Below, piece by piece: positions 10,141 to 22,679 of a stretch of DNA of 32,658 nucleotides (positions are counted from its first letter, which is position 1; the number at the start of each line of letters is the position of its first letter). Position numbers and translations under genes: made by a program. Source of the stretch: Octopus sinensis (lineage: Eukaryota); assembly GCF_006345805.1 (NCBI RefSeq), contig NW_021832225.1, positions 1 through 32,658 of the forward strand. Direction: 5' to 3'. The notes beneath the pieces were generated by a model that ran no database searches, was not told the DNA's origin, and saw only the letters and a list, made by a program, of their open reading frames with translations.

Positions 10141-10929
10141 TTCTTTGTAACGACACTATAATTGTACCTTTCAATACAACACTATGCATGCAAGAGACTG
10201 TATAATCCACCATGATGTAATTTAAACGAGTTTCAGGGCCTCACTATGGCTTGAAACAGAAAATATTGCATGATTTGAAATTATATTGATATTCTATCTT
10301 CTTGCCAATTTAATGTTATCAATGTAAGCTTTAGAATTGTTAAATAAAGGATTAAATCTGATCTGTTGCTACCGTTCTTTTTCTAGATGCAATACTGTAA
10401 TACCGCAGACTAAGACCAAATACCACCGGAAGAGGCATTGATTCCATTTGTTATTTTAAATATTCCACTAAAATGTTAAAACTTGCAAAATGTATCATGT
10501 AGATTAGATTTACGATCATTTATCTAATTGGTATTATCAGGTCATTCAACTGTCATTATTCAAGTAATCAACATTTCACAAACAGCTACATTCCAATCAA
10601 AGCACCGGACGTAGATTCGTCTTCTACACGTTCATGTCTACTTTCACTCCATCAATGTTACACTTACACGAGACTGCGCACGCCTCAATGTCTTCATTGA
10701 AGTAGTTTCTTAGTTATACTCTCTACATGATATTCAGGCCCATTAGGCCGCAGTCTCCTTCGGTATCCAACATATTCCAACACCCGGGGATAGAAGACAC
10801 TCCACTAAAAGAGATGCCAGTCTGTTGCAAGTTTAACCTTGGTTGTTGCTGGTATTTCTTCTCAGATGACTGCACTGGAAGTGTTTTTCTCGTGGACAGA
10901 ACGCACCGAACCAATAGTCCATGTGTCTA

Positions 10930-10935
<6 letters not shown>

Positions 10936-10970
<35 letters not shown>
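10936..10970. repeat. (GT)n microsatellite
   Basis: Directly visible. Confidence 0.95.
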
Positions 10971-10973
<3 letters not shown>

Positions 10974-11659
10974 CTTGTCTGTCTATGTATGTGTGTGCTT
11001 TTTAGCTCCTTCTGTTTTCCGGATCATTGGTCGCTCTCTTGCCAGCCGGAACACCGCTCCGCCCTTCTTTTATACTCTGCTTGTTGCTGTTAAAAGATAT
11101 ATGGAGCCGTTTATCGTAACAGCTCTGTCATTTCTACCACTTATTATATGGCCTGTGGTTTTAGATGTCTTGGTACATCGACTGGACTAAGGAATTATCT
11201 TTTAGTTTCCTCCTAATTAGATGGTCGCACCATTTCACTCTCTTCCATCTGACTACTTCAGTTCTGGTTTATGTCATGTAAATAACGTTTCTTATACAAA
11301 TTACGCCAGTCTCACTATAATATCTTTTTAGTTTTAAACACATCTTAATAACCTCTTACTTATGTGTTTCTAGACCCTGATTAGAGAAGCAAAAATGTGC
11401 AACCTATCAATGCAACCCTGGCTGATGTCCTACAAGCTCCAGATCCTGTTTCTTAAATCTCTCAAATGCTATACATGCTAGCGTGACCTGTCTTTTCTAA
11501 CCTGTGTGTCTAGTGCGACGGGTACTACACAGCTCTCTTTGACATGTTCAACATAAGAACCATTCAGTGTAATTATTTCCTTTGCGTTGTGTAATTAATC
11601 TGTATATAATGCTATTCATTTTCATAGCCCATTTTCCCCATATTTCGTCTGAGACCATC

Positions 11660-11850
11660 AATATTAGGTTTGCTTCCCAACCACATAATTCCGATTTTTT
11701 TCTTGGTCTCAACGTGTGACATGGCACTTTGGGCAATTTCCACCATACTGAGAGAAAAGTACTAGGGTCAATTCGTTCGACAAAAAGTTATTCCAGGGGC
11801 CCTCCACCTCCTCCAGCATGGCTGCAGTCTCATGACTGAAATAAAGGAAA
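11660..11850 (+). mobile_element. Decayed, internally deleted SINE
   Basis: TTTGCTTCCCAACCACAT...GGCACTTTGGGCAA resembles the SINE head at 30340-30410. ...CCAGCATGGCTGCAGTCTCATGACTGAAA resembles the tail at 230-260. Confidence 0.6.
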
Positions 11851-13353
11851 AAGTTTTAAAATATATATTTCCTCACTTCGTTATTATCTGTGAACACATA
11901 TTTTCTCTATTCTCCTTTCAGTGAAGAAGAAAACACATCTGTCTCCATGACATTTCTCCTTCACTCACTCTCTATCTCTTTTGCACTTCTCTCTCTCTCT
12001 CTCTCCTCTCTCTTATAGCTTTGCCTCTCCCATACACTTTCCTCATCAGTCCATGCTTCTCTCTCTCTCATATCACATGTTGCTTCCCTGCGCGTGGAGA
12101 ATTAATCCAGCAAAGACGTTCAACATTTTTATAATTGTTTTTCATCTCCGCTGTTTCGTTTAACATATTTTCTCTCTTCATTGTGAACCACAAACATAAT
12201 CATTCTTCATTATTTTTCACACCATAACTTACTTCTCCTTGATCTGTTTCTCTCTGCCTTTCGGTCCTGATATGGCCCCTCCTCCATACCGTTGCCCACA
12301 AATTCCATAGGTTCTACAACGATGAGCCCCCAATATACTACAAGCACTATGGCGAACAATCTCATTATGAATCTAACTCTGCAGGATCACAATGTTCAAA
12401 AACCCATCTACAGACATCTACACATCTGTGCCTTGCCTCAATATACAACACTTAACCTATATTGGGTGCTTGTCACACGTAGTTGCAGTACTTACAATCT
12501 TGTGAAAATATGACATACAACAGACAATTTGTAATACGTCCAGGCTGACAAGCAAGCTTTAATACGTGACTGCACGAAGATGTTGAATCCTATACAAACA
12601 CAACATATAAATGGAACTAGTAGATTATAAACCGTAATGGTTAGCACAAGGTTTATCGAAGAATCAAATTCTGGATTAGTTACATCCACATCTTGGCTAT
12701 GGGCTCCAAGAAGGGAAGTGCTGTTCCCTCGCATATTCCACTATAATGCCTAGACGAATAGTAAAATTCTAACCAATAGCAATATTCTGAACTTATGGAC
12801 GTGATAGATGTGTAGCGACCAATTTCTATTATTGTATATTTGGAAACATTAAGTTAGTTTCTGAAAGCTCACCACGCTTCTCTGTTGAGAATGGTTAAAA
12901 TAACTATCATAAAATTATTGGACATTTATTGAACCCTGTGTTGTGATCAGCTGAGTGTTGCGCGGGCGCTTGATCGAAGGTCCAATAACGTTACGCGTTA
13001 TATATTTCTGAAGCCTCATTTCTTTTCATAAATTGGTGCCATAAATTATTTACGAGTCAGAGAGGTGAGAGTCATTCATCGAGGCGAAGTATGCGGATTC
13101 TGCCGTTTTCAGCATTAATTTGCTTACTCCATCTAATTTTTGAGAGCGGTCGAGTTCACTTTTAGTATTCTCGTTTGTGAGAGCAGTCGAGTTTATTTCA
13201 GATATTCTCATTCTAAAAATCATCTCTGGCTCATCGTTGAGAGGATGTTGGTATTGTCTCGGCGGAGGTTTGCACATTTAAGTGCTCTACTGATTATTGT
13301 TATTGTTGTTGCTGCTTCTGTGCTGCTGCTGCTGCTGATGATGATGATGATAT

Positions 13354-13471
13354 ACAAGGTAATTCGGTAAACTGAAAATATCATTTCAGTCACCTATTCG
13401 ATTGATTTATTTACAGAGTAATTCAGTTAACTGAAAGTACCTTTTCAGTTATCCATTCGGATGTTTAATTT
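13354..13471. repeat. Two diverged 59-bp tandem units, each with an ACTGAAA...TTTCAGT hairpin
   Basis: 13354-13412 versus 13413-13471 align without large gaps. Internal inverted repeats at 13371-13390 and 13429-13450. Confidence 0.8.
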
Positions 13472-13699
13472 AAAGAGTTTACAGGTTTATCCGTGATCCA
13501 TCCTTGCCTCATTCGTTACTGTTGTGGAAGGATTCCGACAACTCCCATATGATTAAAAGTGAATTGTCACAACATTTGCTATGAATAAAGAACTGTCGAG
13601 TTATCAGCAGTTCGCTGTGAGCCGTGTAACCTCGTATAACAGGAAGCCTCGTGCGTTCGTGTAAATACTTCGTTAAATTATTTATCAAACATACAAGGA

Positions 13700-15022
13700 T
13701 ATAAAAGTTACTTATAAAGGAAATATACTTACACCATACCTCACGTTTTTGACAGTATCCGCGGAAGAAGAGACTTGTGGATGACATGAATTACATATTA
13801 TGAAGCACAGAAACAAAACGCTGATGAATCTAAGACTTACAGGAAATTCGAAATTATGTCCTGTAACGCTCGAGTGCACATTAGGATACATGATGAAGAT
13901 CATACCATAATTCAGCACATTGGTGAAGATCCTCATTGTTCATGTGCTTCAAAATCCATGCATCATATTCAGGTGGGGTTATTCAGTGTTCCGCAGTTGT
14001 TTGCATTACCCCCACCCAAAAATAAACTTACAGCCGCCTTTTTTATAAGCTAAATGAATTACTCCAAAGACTGAGCCCTGAAGATTTTATGAGGGATTTT
14101 GAAAAAGCTCTTATTAATAGCATTGTATCTGTTTCCTACTACTTCCATCTCATGCTGTCTTTTTCATCTATCACAAAATATATACAGAAAACATGTGAAT
14201 TTGGCTTGAAGGACAGATACCATCGTTATAATGAGTTTAGCATTAAAATCAGAGGTTTTTAAGCATTGCTAATTCTTCGTCTCGATGATGAGATTGACGG
14301 AGTCGAAAATCTTGTAGATGACGATGATCTTCCGCAAGAACTTGTGACCTACTTTAGATTATCGTACCTATGATAAGTGTGAAGTAAAGGAATGAGACCA
14401 CGAAGGACTTCTCCCTAGTTTCCCATTGTCGAACATCTTGTAGATGACGATGATCCTCCTGCTAGAACTTGTGACCTACTTTGGATTATCGTACCTAAGA
14501 AGAGTGAAAAGTAAAGGAATCAGACTACAAAGGACTTCTCCCTAGTTTCCTATTGGTAGTTGGAATGTCCGCTTTAAAACAGAATCGGATATGCCTCGCA
14601 CTAATAACCTTTTAGAGGGATTTCACAACACCCTACAAATTTCCTTAATTTGTTCACATCCGAATATATGGAGATAATTACTGCATTGAGAAGGGAAGAA
14701 CACTTGGCACAGTTGAGACAGGTTGAATTTGATGGAGGTGGGATCTGCGAGACCAAGCAAAAATAAAAGAAAGGATATAAGCAAACGGATAAATATTGAG
14801 CGACATAGTCCCGAAAATAGGATGGATTTTATATGAGCAATAGCCCCTAACCTTCATTTTTATTGAAACTTTTAGTAATAATTTTAGGTTTTACTCGACT
14901 TTTTATTTTATCCTTATTCAACGTTTTATTTTTTCTAATATCGGGAGTGAAATTGACTGGTAGTCAAATTACCGGAGTCAAAATACCGGGGGTGAAGTTA
15001 TCAGGATTCAAATTGCCTGTCG
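13700..15022 (+). mobile_element. Mutator-like (MULE) DNA transposon remnant with FLYWCH domain, internally deleted
   Basis: Hand translation: TYRKFEIMSCNARVHI...EDPH (FLYWCH-like, ~13835-13950), FMRDFEKALINSI (~14086-14125), CLFHLSQNIYRK (14156-), and WNVRF...PRTNNLLEGFHNTL...HPNIWR (~14564-14675). Five ~15-bp subterminal repeats (G[AG]GT[CG]AAATTACC-like) at 14943-15017. Confidence 0.85.
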
Positions 15023-15389
15023 CCAATTCAGTCGATGTCTGAGGGATACGGGTTCGAGTGCAACTTTTTTCCATCTCATAAGGGTACCCAGTCTTTCTCT
15101 GCTATCTCTACAACTTTACTGGGTTTGAAATGTCCTTCCTTATCTGCAAGGTATCTCGTTTAAAATGGTTAAGTATGTTATCATTTATTTATGCAGAAGA
15201 GATAACATTACATGACAGGGAGTAGCTTTAATGGAAGAAAAACATTCGCAAAATATATAAATTCCTACGTCTCTTATTAAGAGAGACTAATGAGTGTTTC
15301 TCTCGATGCCACAGGGAATGTTAACCATCTTCTAAATTTATGTCCCAGATTCCAGATACAGTTTTGAAGAATCACATGAATACTTTGAT

Positions 15390-16520
15390 CACCTATAAAC
15401 AAAAAGAAACTTGTTACTATGGAATTGCTTCAACGTAATCATTGGAGACCTCCGCTTCAATGAAGAAGCAGGCTGAAGCAAGAACTGACCAAATGCTATA
15501 GAAAGATAAAGCTTTAGCAAACCAAAAGAGAAGCGAGCATAATTACTACGTTTGTGTGCAATAAGGGGTCTCATGATAACAAACACTGTGTCCGGAAAAG
15601 AATGTCTGGAAGCTAAATCAATATATATATTATTCTTCAATTCATTACTTTGAACAACGATCGTCAAGTTTGCTTTGGCAATTCTAAAGATATTTTGGTG
15701 TCACGAATTGTGTCACCAAAACAGATAAAATAACCTTTAAAGTTCAATACCTGAACTTCAAATTTTACTATCCAACATATACAAAACGCAATATCCCATA
15801 CAACCTAGCCGAGAAAATGTGTACGTTTGTGGAGGATGTGAGAATCAGAGACAAAAGCCTAACAAAACTAAAAGAATCTCTACCCAAGCAAAAATATCCC
15901 TCTCTACTCATAGAAAATGGTGTACAGAACTTAGGGCCACCCGAGGAAGAGGAAAACGAGAACAGATCATACCAGTTATAGTGGCACACAACCCATGTTA
16001 CCGGAATACCTTAAGCATTGCAAATCAAACTTGCCGATCATTATTCAAAGTAATGAATTAGAAGATATAATCACGGATGGAGTAATGGCTCAAAGTAAAA
16101 GACAGTCGAAAGACTTGAAACATTTAATAAAGGCAAAGTGTGATCTTAGCAACAATACGAATCATTCATTGTGTCTAAGTACAATGATAATCGATGTGGG
16201 ACATGTCAGTTCATACATATCGGTCAATATTGGAACAAAAAATAAACGGAAGAATATTTGCAAATGTAAATATGAACTGCAAAAGCAGAAATTTAATTTA
16301 CTGCATCAAATGCCAGAATTCTGAGAGAGATATACGTTGGCCAGACTTGGAATGCACTAGTGGAACGGTCACGTGTGCTCAACAGTAAATAAGAGATCTT
16401 GATGTCGGCCAGATGATCCCTTTAACCGACCACTGGCAACTTGTGGTCTACACAACTGAAGACAAGGCGAGAAACGTTAGAGAGAAAAAATTTATTGATA
16501 AACTGAAACCATTTTTAAAT
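15390..16520 (+). mobile_element. Penelope-like element remnant: RT thumb, Zn-binding linker and GIY-YIG endonuclease, frameshifted
   Basis: QYLNF...TKRNIPYNLAEKMCTFVED...YPSLLIENG (from 15745), IIPVIVAHNP, RCGTC (16192-16206), LIYCIKC (16293-16313), IYVGQT (16330-16347) and REKKFIDKLKPFLN at the end. The left boundary is uncertain. Confidence 0.9.
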
Positions 16521-16529
16521 GGGCAAAAC

Positions 16530-16989
16530 TAATAATAGTTATAGTAACGGTGATGACTGGAATGATGATGATGATGATGATGATTATGATGATGATGATA
16601 ATAATAATAATAATGATGATGATAATAATAATAATAATAATGATGATGATGATGATAATAATAATAATAATAACAATGATAATAATGGTAATATAATAAT
16701 AATAATATAATAATAATAATAATAATGATAATAATAATAAGAGTAATAATAAGATGATGATGATAATAATAATAATAATATAATAATGATAGTAATAATA
16801 ATAATAATATATAATAAAAAATAATGATAATAATGATAATAATAATAATGATGATAATAATAAAAAACATGATATAATAATAATATAATAATAATAATAA
16901 TGATAATAATAAAATAATAATAATGATAATAATAATAATAATATGATAATAATAATGATAATAATAATAATAATAATAATGATAAAATG

Positions 16990-17041
<52 letters not shown>

Positions 17042-17057
17042 TAATAATAATAATAAT
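16530..17057. repeat. (GAT)n/(AAT)n microsatellite array; further AAT arrays at 17553-17694, 18241-18517 and 20083-20385
   Basis: Directly visible trinucleotide repeats. They generate the poly-Ile/Asn/Tyr ORFs in the track. Confidence 0.95.
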
Positions 17058-17555
17058 CATCATCATCATCATCATCATCCTCATTTAACGTCCGCTTCCA
17101 TGCTAGCATGGGTACAGTTAACTGATCTGGGGAGCCCGAATAACCAATAATCTGCAGTGTTCTAAGCTGATGCCCTTCCTAACGCCAACCACTCCGAGAG
17201 TGTATATAGTGGGTGATTTTATGTGCCACCGACACAGGTGCCAGACGAGGATGGCAGACGGCCACGCTCGGATGGTGTTTTTATGTGCCAAACCACACAA
17301 GTGCCAGATGAGGCTGGCGAACGGCCACGATCGGATGGTGTTTGTTACGTGCCCACAGCACGGAGGCCAGTCGATGCGGTACTGGCTACGGCCACGTTCG
17401 GATGGTTTTCTTGTGTGCCACCGGCAATGGTAACAAAAGATACAAAATCCATGATGTTCATCTATTGATTTGGTTTGATTTTACTTGCCTAATAACATCA
17501 CAAGTTACATACTTGATCAACATCTTCACAATATGTCATAAGGAAGGTATACATG
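17058..17555 (-). mobile_element. SINE with internal ~60-bp tandem units and (GAT)n tail, 5'-truncated (copy 1)
   Basis: Reverse complement of the element at 26848-27386. Shares the GATGCCCTTCCTAACGCCAA tail and the repeated ATGTGCC... units. Confidence 0.85.
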
Positions 17556-17564
17556 ATAATGATA

Positions 17565-17597
<33 letters not shown>

Positions 17598-17694
17598 ATT
17601 AATAATAATAATAATGATAATAATGATAATAATAATAATATAATAATAATAATAATAATAATATAATAATAATAATGATAATAATAATAATAAT

Positions 17695-18240
17695 CATCAT
17701 CATCATCATCATCATCCTCATTTACGTCCGCTTTCCATGCTAGCATGGGTTGGACAGTTCAACTGGAGTCTGGGGAGCCCGAATGCACCAGGCCAGTCAA
17801 TCTGGCAGTGTTTCTACAGCTGGATGCCCTTCCTAACGCCAATCCGAAGTGTATGGGTGATTTTATGTGCCAACACATGAGACGAGGCTGAATATGGTGT
17901 TTTTATTGCCACCGACACATGCCAGACGATAGACGGCCACGCTCGGATGGTTTTTATGTGCCAAACACAAGTGCCAGATGGCGAACGGCCACGATCGATG
18001 GTGTTTGTTACGTGCCCACAGCACGAGGCCAGTCGATGCGGTACTGGCTATAACGTTCGGAATTTTTCTTGTGTGCCACCGGCACTGGTACCCAAAAGAT
18101 ACAATTCCATTGATGTTCATCTATTTTGATTTGGTTTGATTTTCACTTGCCTCAACAGGTCTTCACAAGTGTCACATACTTGCCTCAACAGGTCTTCACA
18201 AGTGTCATAAGAAGGAAGGTATGCACGGTAGACTGACTGA
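17695..18240 (-). mobile_element. Same SINE family, 5'-truncated (copy 2)
   Basis: Aligns to copy 1 and to 26848-27386. Contains a ~33-bp tandem duplication (ACTTGCCTCAACAGGTCTTCACAAGTGTCA) at ~18145-18208. Confidence 0.85.
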
Positions 18241-18245
18241 TAATA

Positions 18246-18332
<87 letters not shown>

Positions 18333-18418
18333 TAATATTATTAATAATAATAATAATAATAATAATAATGATAATAATAATGATAATAATAATAATAATG
18401 ATGATGATGATAATAATG

Positions 18419-18491
<73 letters not shown>

Positions 18492-18517
18492 TAATAATAA
18501 TAATAATAAAAATAATT

Positions 18518-20081
18518 CAGTCGTGTTAGATGTTGACACAGTCATAAGAGAGCCTGAGCAAGAGCAAACATACAAATATTTAGGGATAAATGAAGGCTCT
18601 GGTATTCAGCATGCAAGCATGAAAGAGAAAATCAGGAAGGAATGTTATAGGAGAGTTCGTGCAGTCCTGAAATCTGAACTAAATGCACGTAACAAGGTGT
18701 TAGCTATAAATTCCTTAGCAGTTCCAGTTGTTACTTATAGCTACAATGTGTTGAACTGGAATATGAGTGAAGTAAAGAATATAGATAGGAAAATACGCAA
18801 GCTGCTGAGTTGTAATAGGATGCACCCAAAGGCAGACTTAGATCGCCTTTACCTTCCCAGAGCCTAAGGAGGTCGAGGCCTGATCCAATTTGAACTAGCT
18901 TACAAAACAACCACAACTGGACTGGCCTAAATATCTCGAAATAACGAATGACTGGATGCTAAAGCTCGTGGAAAATCACGAGAGACGAAAGAAGCTTCAT
19001 TCTATCATAAAGGAATGCAAAATATTTGCTATTGATCTCGTGCAGGATACCCAAACTGAACAACCCGAGGGAAGTACGGCAGCTATTGTTGCAAAGAAGG
19101 TAAAAATAATGGCAACGAAAAAAGCGCACGAGCAATTGGCTAATAGGTGGGAGGAGAAACCTCTGCACGGCAAATATGTGGCCCGCAGCAAACAAGCTGA
19201 TGTTGACCAGAAGCAAACCCATCAGTGGCTACGGAGCTCAGGGCTAAAAGCAGAGAGCGAAGGTTTCATCCTGGCTGCTCAAGATCAAAGCCTATTAACC
19301 CGGAACTACCAGGCCAATGTGATGAAAAATGGAGCAGACCCAAAATGCCGATTCTGCAACGACATGATTGAAACAGTGGACCACCTAATCTCTGGATGTA
19401 AAGTCTTAGCACCAGTGGAGTATAAATTAAGACATGACAGAGTTGGCCAATATCTCCACTGGCTAATAAGTCGGCATTACAATATCAAAACTGCCGACAA
19501 GTGGTATAATCACCACCCTGAGGCTGTAACTGAAGGAGAAAATGTAGCCATTCTGTGCGACTTTCCAGTACATACAGACCGAACCATCAAGGCCAATAAA
19601 CCAGATATTGTTGTGAAAGACCAAAACAATAAAGTTTGCTTATTGATCGACATGAGCATCCCCTGTGATCATAATATCTCGGCGAAAGAGTTTGACAAGC
19701 TCAGAAAATATAAAGACCTACTCATTGAAATTGAGAAAATGTGGCATCTCAAGGCGGTTACAATACCAGTGATCGTAGGAGCACTAGGAATGATCAAGAA
19801 GGAACCGAAAATTATATGAGAATGATCCCTGGCTTACCATCCCTGCAAGAAGTGCAAAAGATTGTCTTAACTGGTACATCACACGTATTGAGAAGAGCAT
19901 TGTCGATGTGAGAACTGTTGCTGCTCATGTATTTTAATTTAACTTTAAAAAAAAAAAAAATGAACGAACTACTGAGTTTGGTTTAATGGCCTACCAATGT
20001 ATACTATGAGTTTCTTTGCCCTAGGAGTCGGGAAGACACTCGGCAAGAAATGGAAGCAAATTTGAAAGAAGAAAAAAAAAA

Positions 20082-20082
<1 letters not shown>
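18518..20082 (+). mobile_element. R4/Dong-like non-LTR retrotransposon (RT C-terminus + CCHC + restriction-like endonuclease), 5'-truncated
   Basis: YKYLG...RLYLPR*GGRGL (18523-~18885), CRFC...HLISGC zinc knuckle, and KPDIVV...LIDMSIP...KEFDKLRKY RLE motif in 18956..19819. The frameshifted C-terminus ends at TGA 19909-19911. ~170-bp 3' UTR. (AAT)n on both sides. Confidence 0.92.
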
Positions 20083-20133
<51 letters not shown>

Positions 20134-20227
20134 TAATAATAATAATAATAATAAATAATAATATAATAATAATAATAATATAATAATAATAATAATAATA
20201 ATAATGATAATAATAATAATATTAATT

Positions 20228-20272
<45 letters not shown>

Positions 20273-20313
20273 TAATAATGATGATGATAATAATAATAAT
20301 AATAATAATATTA

Positions 20314-20370
<57 letters not shown>

Positions 20371-20385
20371 GTAATAATAATGATA

Positions 20386-20816
20386 ACTTCTACTAAAGGC
20401 AGAAGGCCTGAAATTTGGGGAAGGATGATTAGTCAATTACAATGACCCCAGTGTTTCACTGATAGTTAATTTATTGACCCTGAAAGGATGAAAGTGAAAG
20501 TCTACCTTAGTGGAATTTGAACTCAGAACATAAAGGTGAATAAAATGCTGCTAAGCCTTTTGTCCAATGTGCTAATGTTTCTGCCAACTTGCCGCCATAA
20601 TGATAATGATGATGATGATGATGAAGATAAAAACAATTTTGGTAAAGTGGAATATATAGTCCATTAATCAACCCCAGTACTCAACTTGTACCTATTTTAC
20701 TGACCCTAACAGGATGAAAGGCAAAGTCAGCTTCATGGTAATCAGAATTTGGAATGTAAAGTCAGAAGAAATGCTACTAAGCGTTTTGCCTGATGTGCTC
20801 ACATTTCCGTCGCCTT
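20386..20816 (-). mobile_element. Two decayed tRNA-derived SINEs (20386-20597, 20660-20816); related fragments at 21480-21612 and 25555-25690
   Basis: Both read in reverse as GGCGGC..GGCAGAAAC..TTAGCAC...GTTC(T)GAGTTCAAATTCC, the head also seen at 30479-30580. Confidence 0.7.
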
Positions 20817-20858
20817 AACAAAAATAACAACAACAATACTAATAATAAAATGTGCTGT

Positions 20859-22221
20859 TTAGCCCTTGGTCAACCCTGACTGCGCAGGCCTGAGATCAAA
20901 AGCATTCTAGCTGTGACCATCCTGTCTTTTTCCTATATGCAATGACCATATAACCATGTGAGTTCACATGTCCTTGTTTTAAGATACGAGGCAGATGTGG
21001 CTGCTACATCTAACAGACCGAACCACCACATACACGATCTCTCATTGGTTCATTATTAGCTTGTGCAAATAAAAAGACAGGAACAGTTTGACAGGACCCT
21101 GCTTAGATTTTCAGTAGACGCATCAGATAGCATTTTTATCTGATGTACTTACTACTACCACAGATAACTGTGGTTGTTCAATAGGATTGAGTATTGGGTA
21201 TATCTATTGATGAGGGGGTCTATTCATATCCGTTCCCTGTCTTCAGTAATCATATGTTGTCAGAATCATAAGGATGCCTTCCTCACACTCATATTGGGTA
21301 TTTTAAACATGATGTAGCTAACCCCTCTCTCTGTCAAACCACAGTGGAAATCTTTCAAAGAAAAAGAGAGAAGAGAGAGAGAAGAGAGAGAGAGAGTGAG
21401 AGAGAGAGAGAGGGGTGGGGAGAGAGAGAGAGAGAGGGAGAGAATGAAGAGAGAGAGTGCAAAATATAATGATGTATTCCTTTCAGTACCTGATGTTGTA
21501 TTGAAAGAATGAAAAAACAAAGTTGACGTTGATGGGATTTGAACTCGGCACAGAATGCCAGAATGACTACTTCAATACATTCTAAGCAATCCGCTAACAA
21601 TCCTGTCGAATCCCCAAGTAACAACTGGCAGGTATTTAATGCATGGAACATGCTTGGATGGAGTTGAAAGGCAAGGGGAGGTAATCCCTGTTTTCTTTAC
21701 CAGTGAGTGTTGCTAATTAAACCATCACCCATGTTGCTAATTGCACTTTAATTAGCAGATCGTTCGCAGTCATTATCTCCTGTGTAACATTTCCTTATTT
21801 ACATTTGACAGCAGTTCATTATAAAAAAATCTATTTGAAATGTCTCATCTTGTCAATCGGCTTCTACTATTTGGTTATTAATAACCAAATTTTGAATATG
21901 TTTTCATAATGATGCCTTTAATGACTTATCATTATTATATAACATTGAATTCTTCAGGCTGGAATTACCTATTAAACATATTTATATTGGAGTATTAGAG
22001 TGGATGCGGATAAGGGGAAGGAAGGATATTTTTAAATCCTTCATTTACTGATGAAGTAATTTTAATTACACATAATTTTATGAGTTAAAATAAACAAAAG
22101 ACACTGGAACGCCATCCTTCTCCCCTGCCATTAATACAAAGATAATGAAGAACATAATCCAACCAACATCTATTTCACAAAGACACAAATATTAAAGTAA
22201 ACAATATTCTTGAAAAAAAAT
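20859..22221 (+). repeat. Direct segmental duplication, copy A
   Basis: Collinear high-identity match to 24947-26010, 26683-26847 and 27391-27537. Confidence 0.95.
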
Positions 22222-22261
22222 TGCTCCTTCTCATACATACTGATACATACGCTTATACTCA

Positions 22262-22278
22262 TACATACAAATATATAT

Positions 22279-22321
<43 letters not shown>

Positions 22322-22464
22322 TACATACATGTATATATACATAAATATATACATGTATGTATGTATGTATATATATATAGTTATATGCATGTATATATAT
22401 ATAGATATATATATATACATACATACATATATACATAAATACATATATACATACATATACATAC

Positions 22465-22502
<38 letters not shown>

Positions 22503-22614
22503 ATATATATATATAAACATATATATATACATACATATATAATAGTTATATGCATGCATATATATATAGATATATACATACACACATATATACATACATA
22601 TATACATACATTAT

Positions 22615-22677
<63 letters not shown>
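22262..22677. repeat. Compound TA/TACA microsatellite
   Basis: Directly visible. The motif ATAGTTATATGCATG recurs ~165 bp apart. Confidence 0.95.

Positions 22678-22679
<2 letters not shown>

Noticed and set aside
12292-12734. ORFs 12292..12513(+) and 12492..12734(-)
   Set aside because: Short, no motif and no flanking splice signals.
16455-16480. CTGAAGA...GAAAC on the plus strand
   Set aside because: No stems; it lies in GIY-YIG coding sequence (EDKARNVRE).
16492-18575. Long poly-Ile/Asn/Tyr/Leu ORFs
   Set aside because: Translations of (AAT)n/(GAT)n arrays.
22048-22085. CTGATGA-A-GTAAT/ATTAC hairpin (also at 26824-26847)
   Set aside because: Followed by CATA rather than GAAA; no stem III or stem I.
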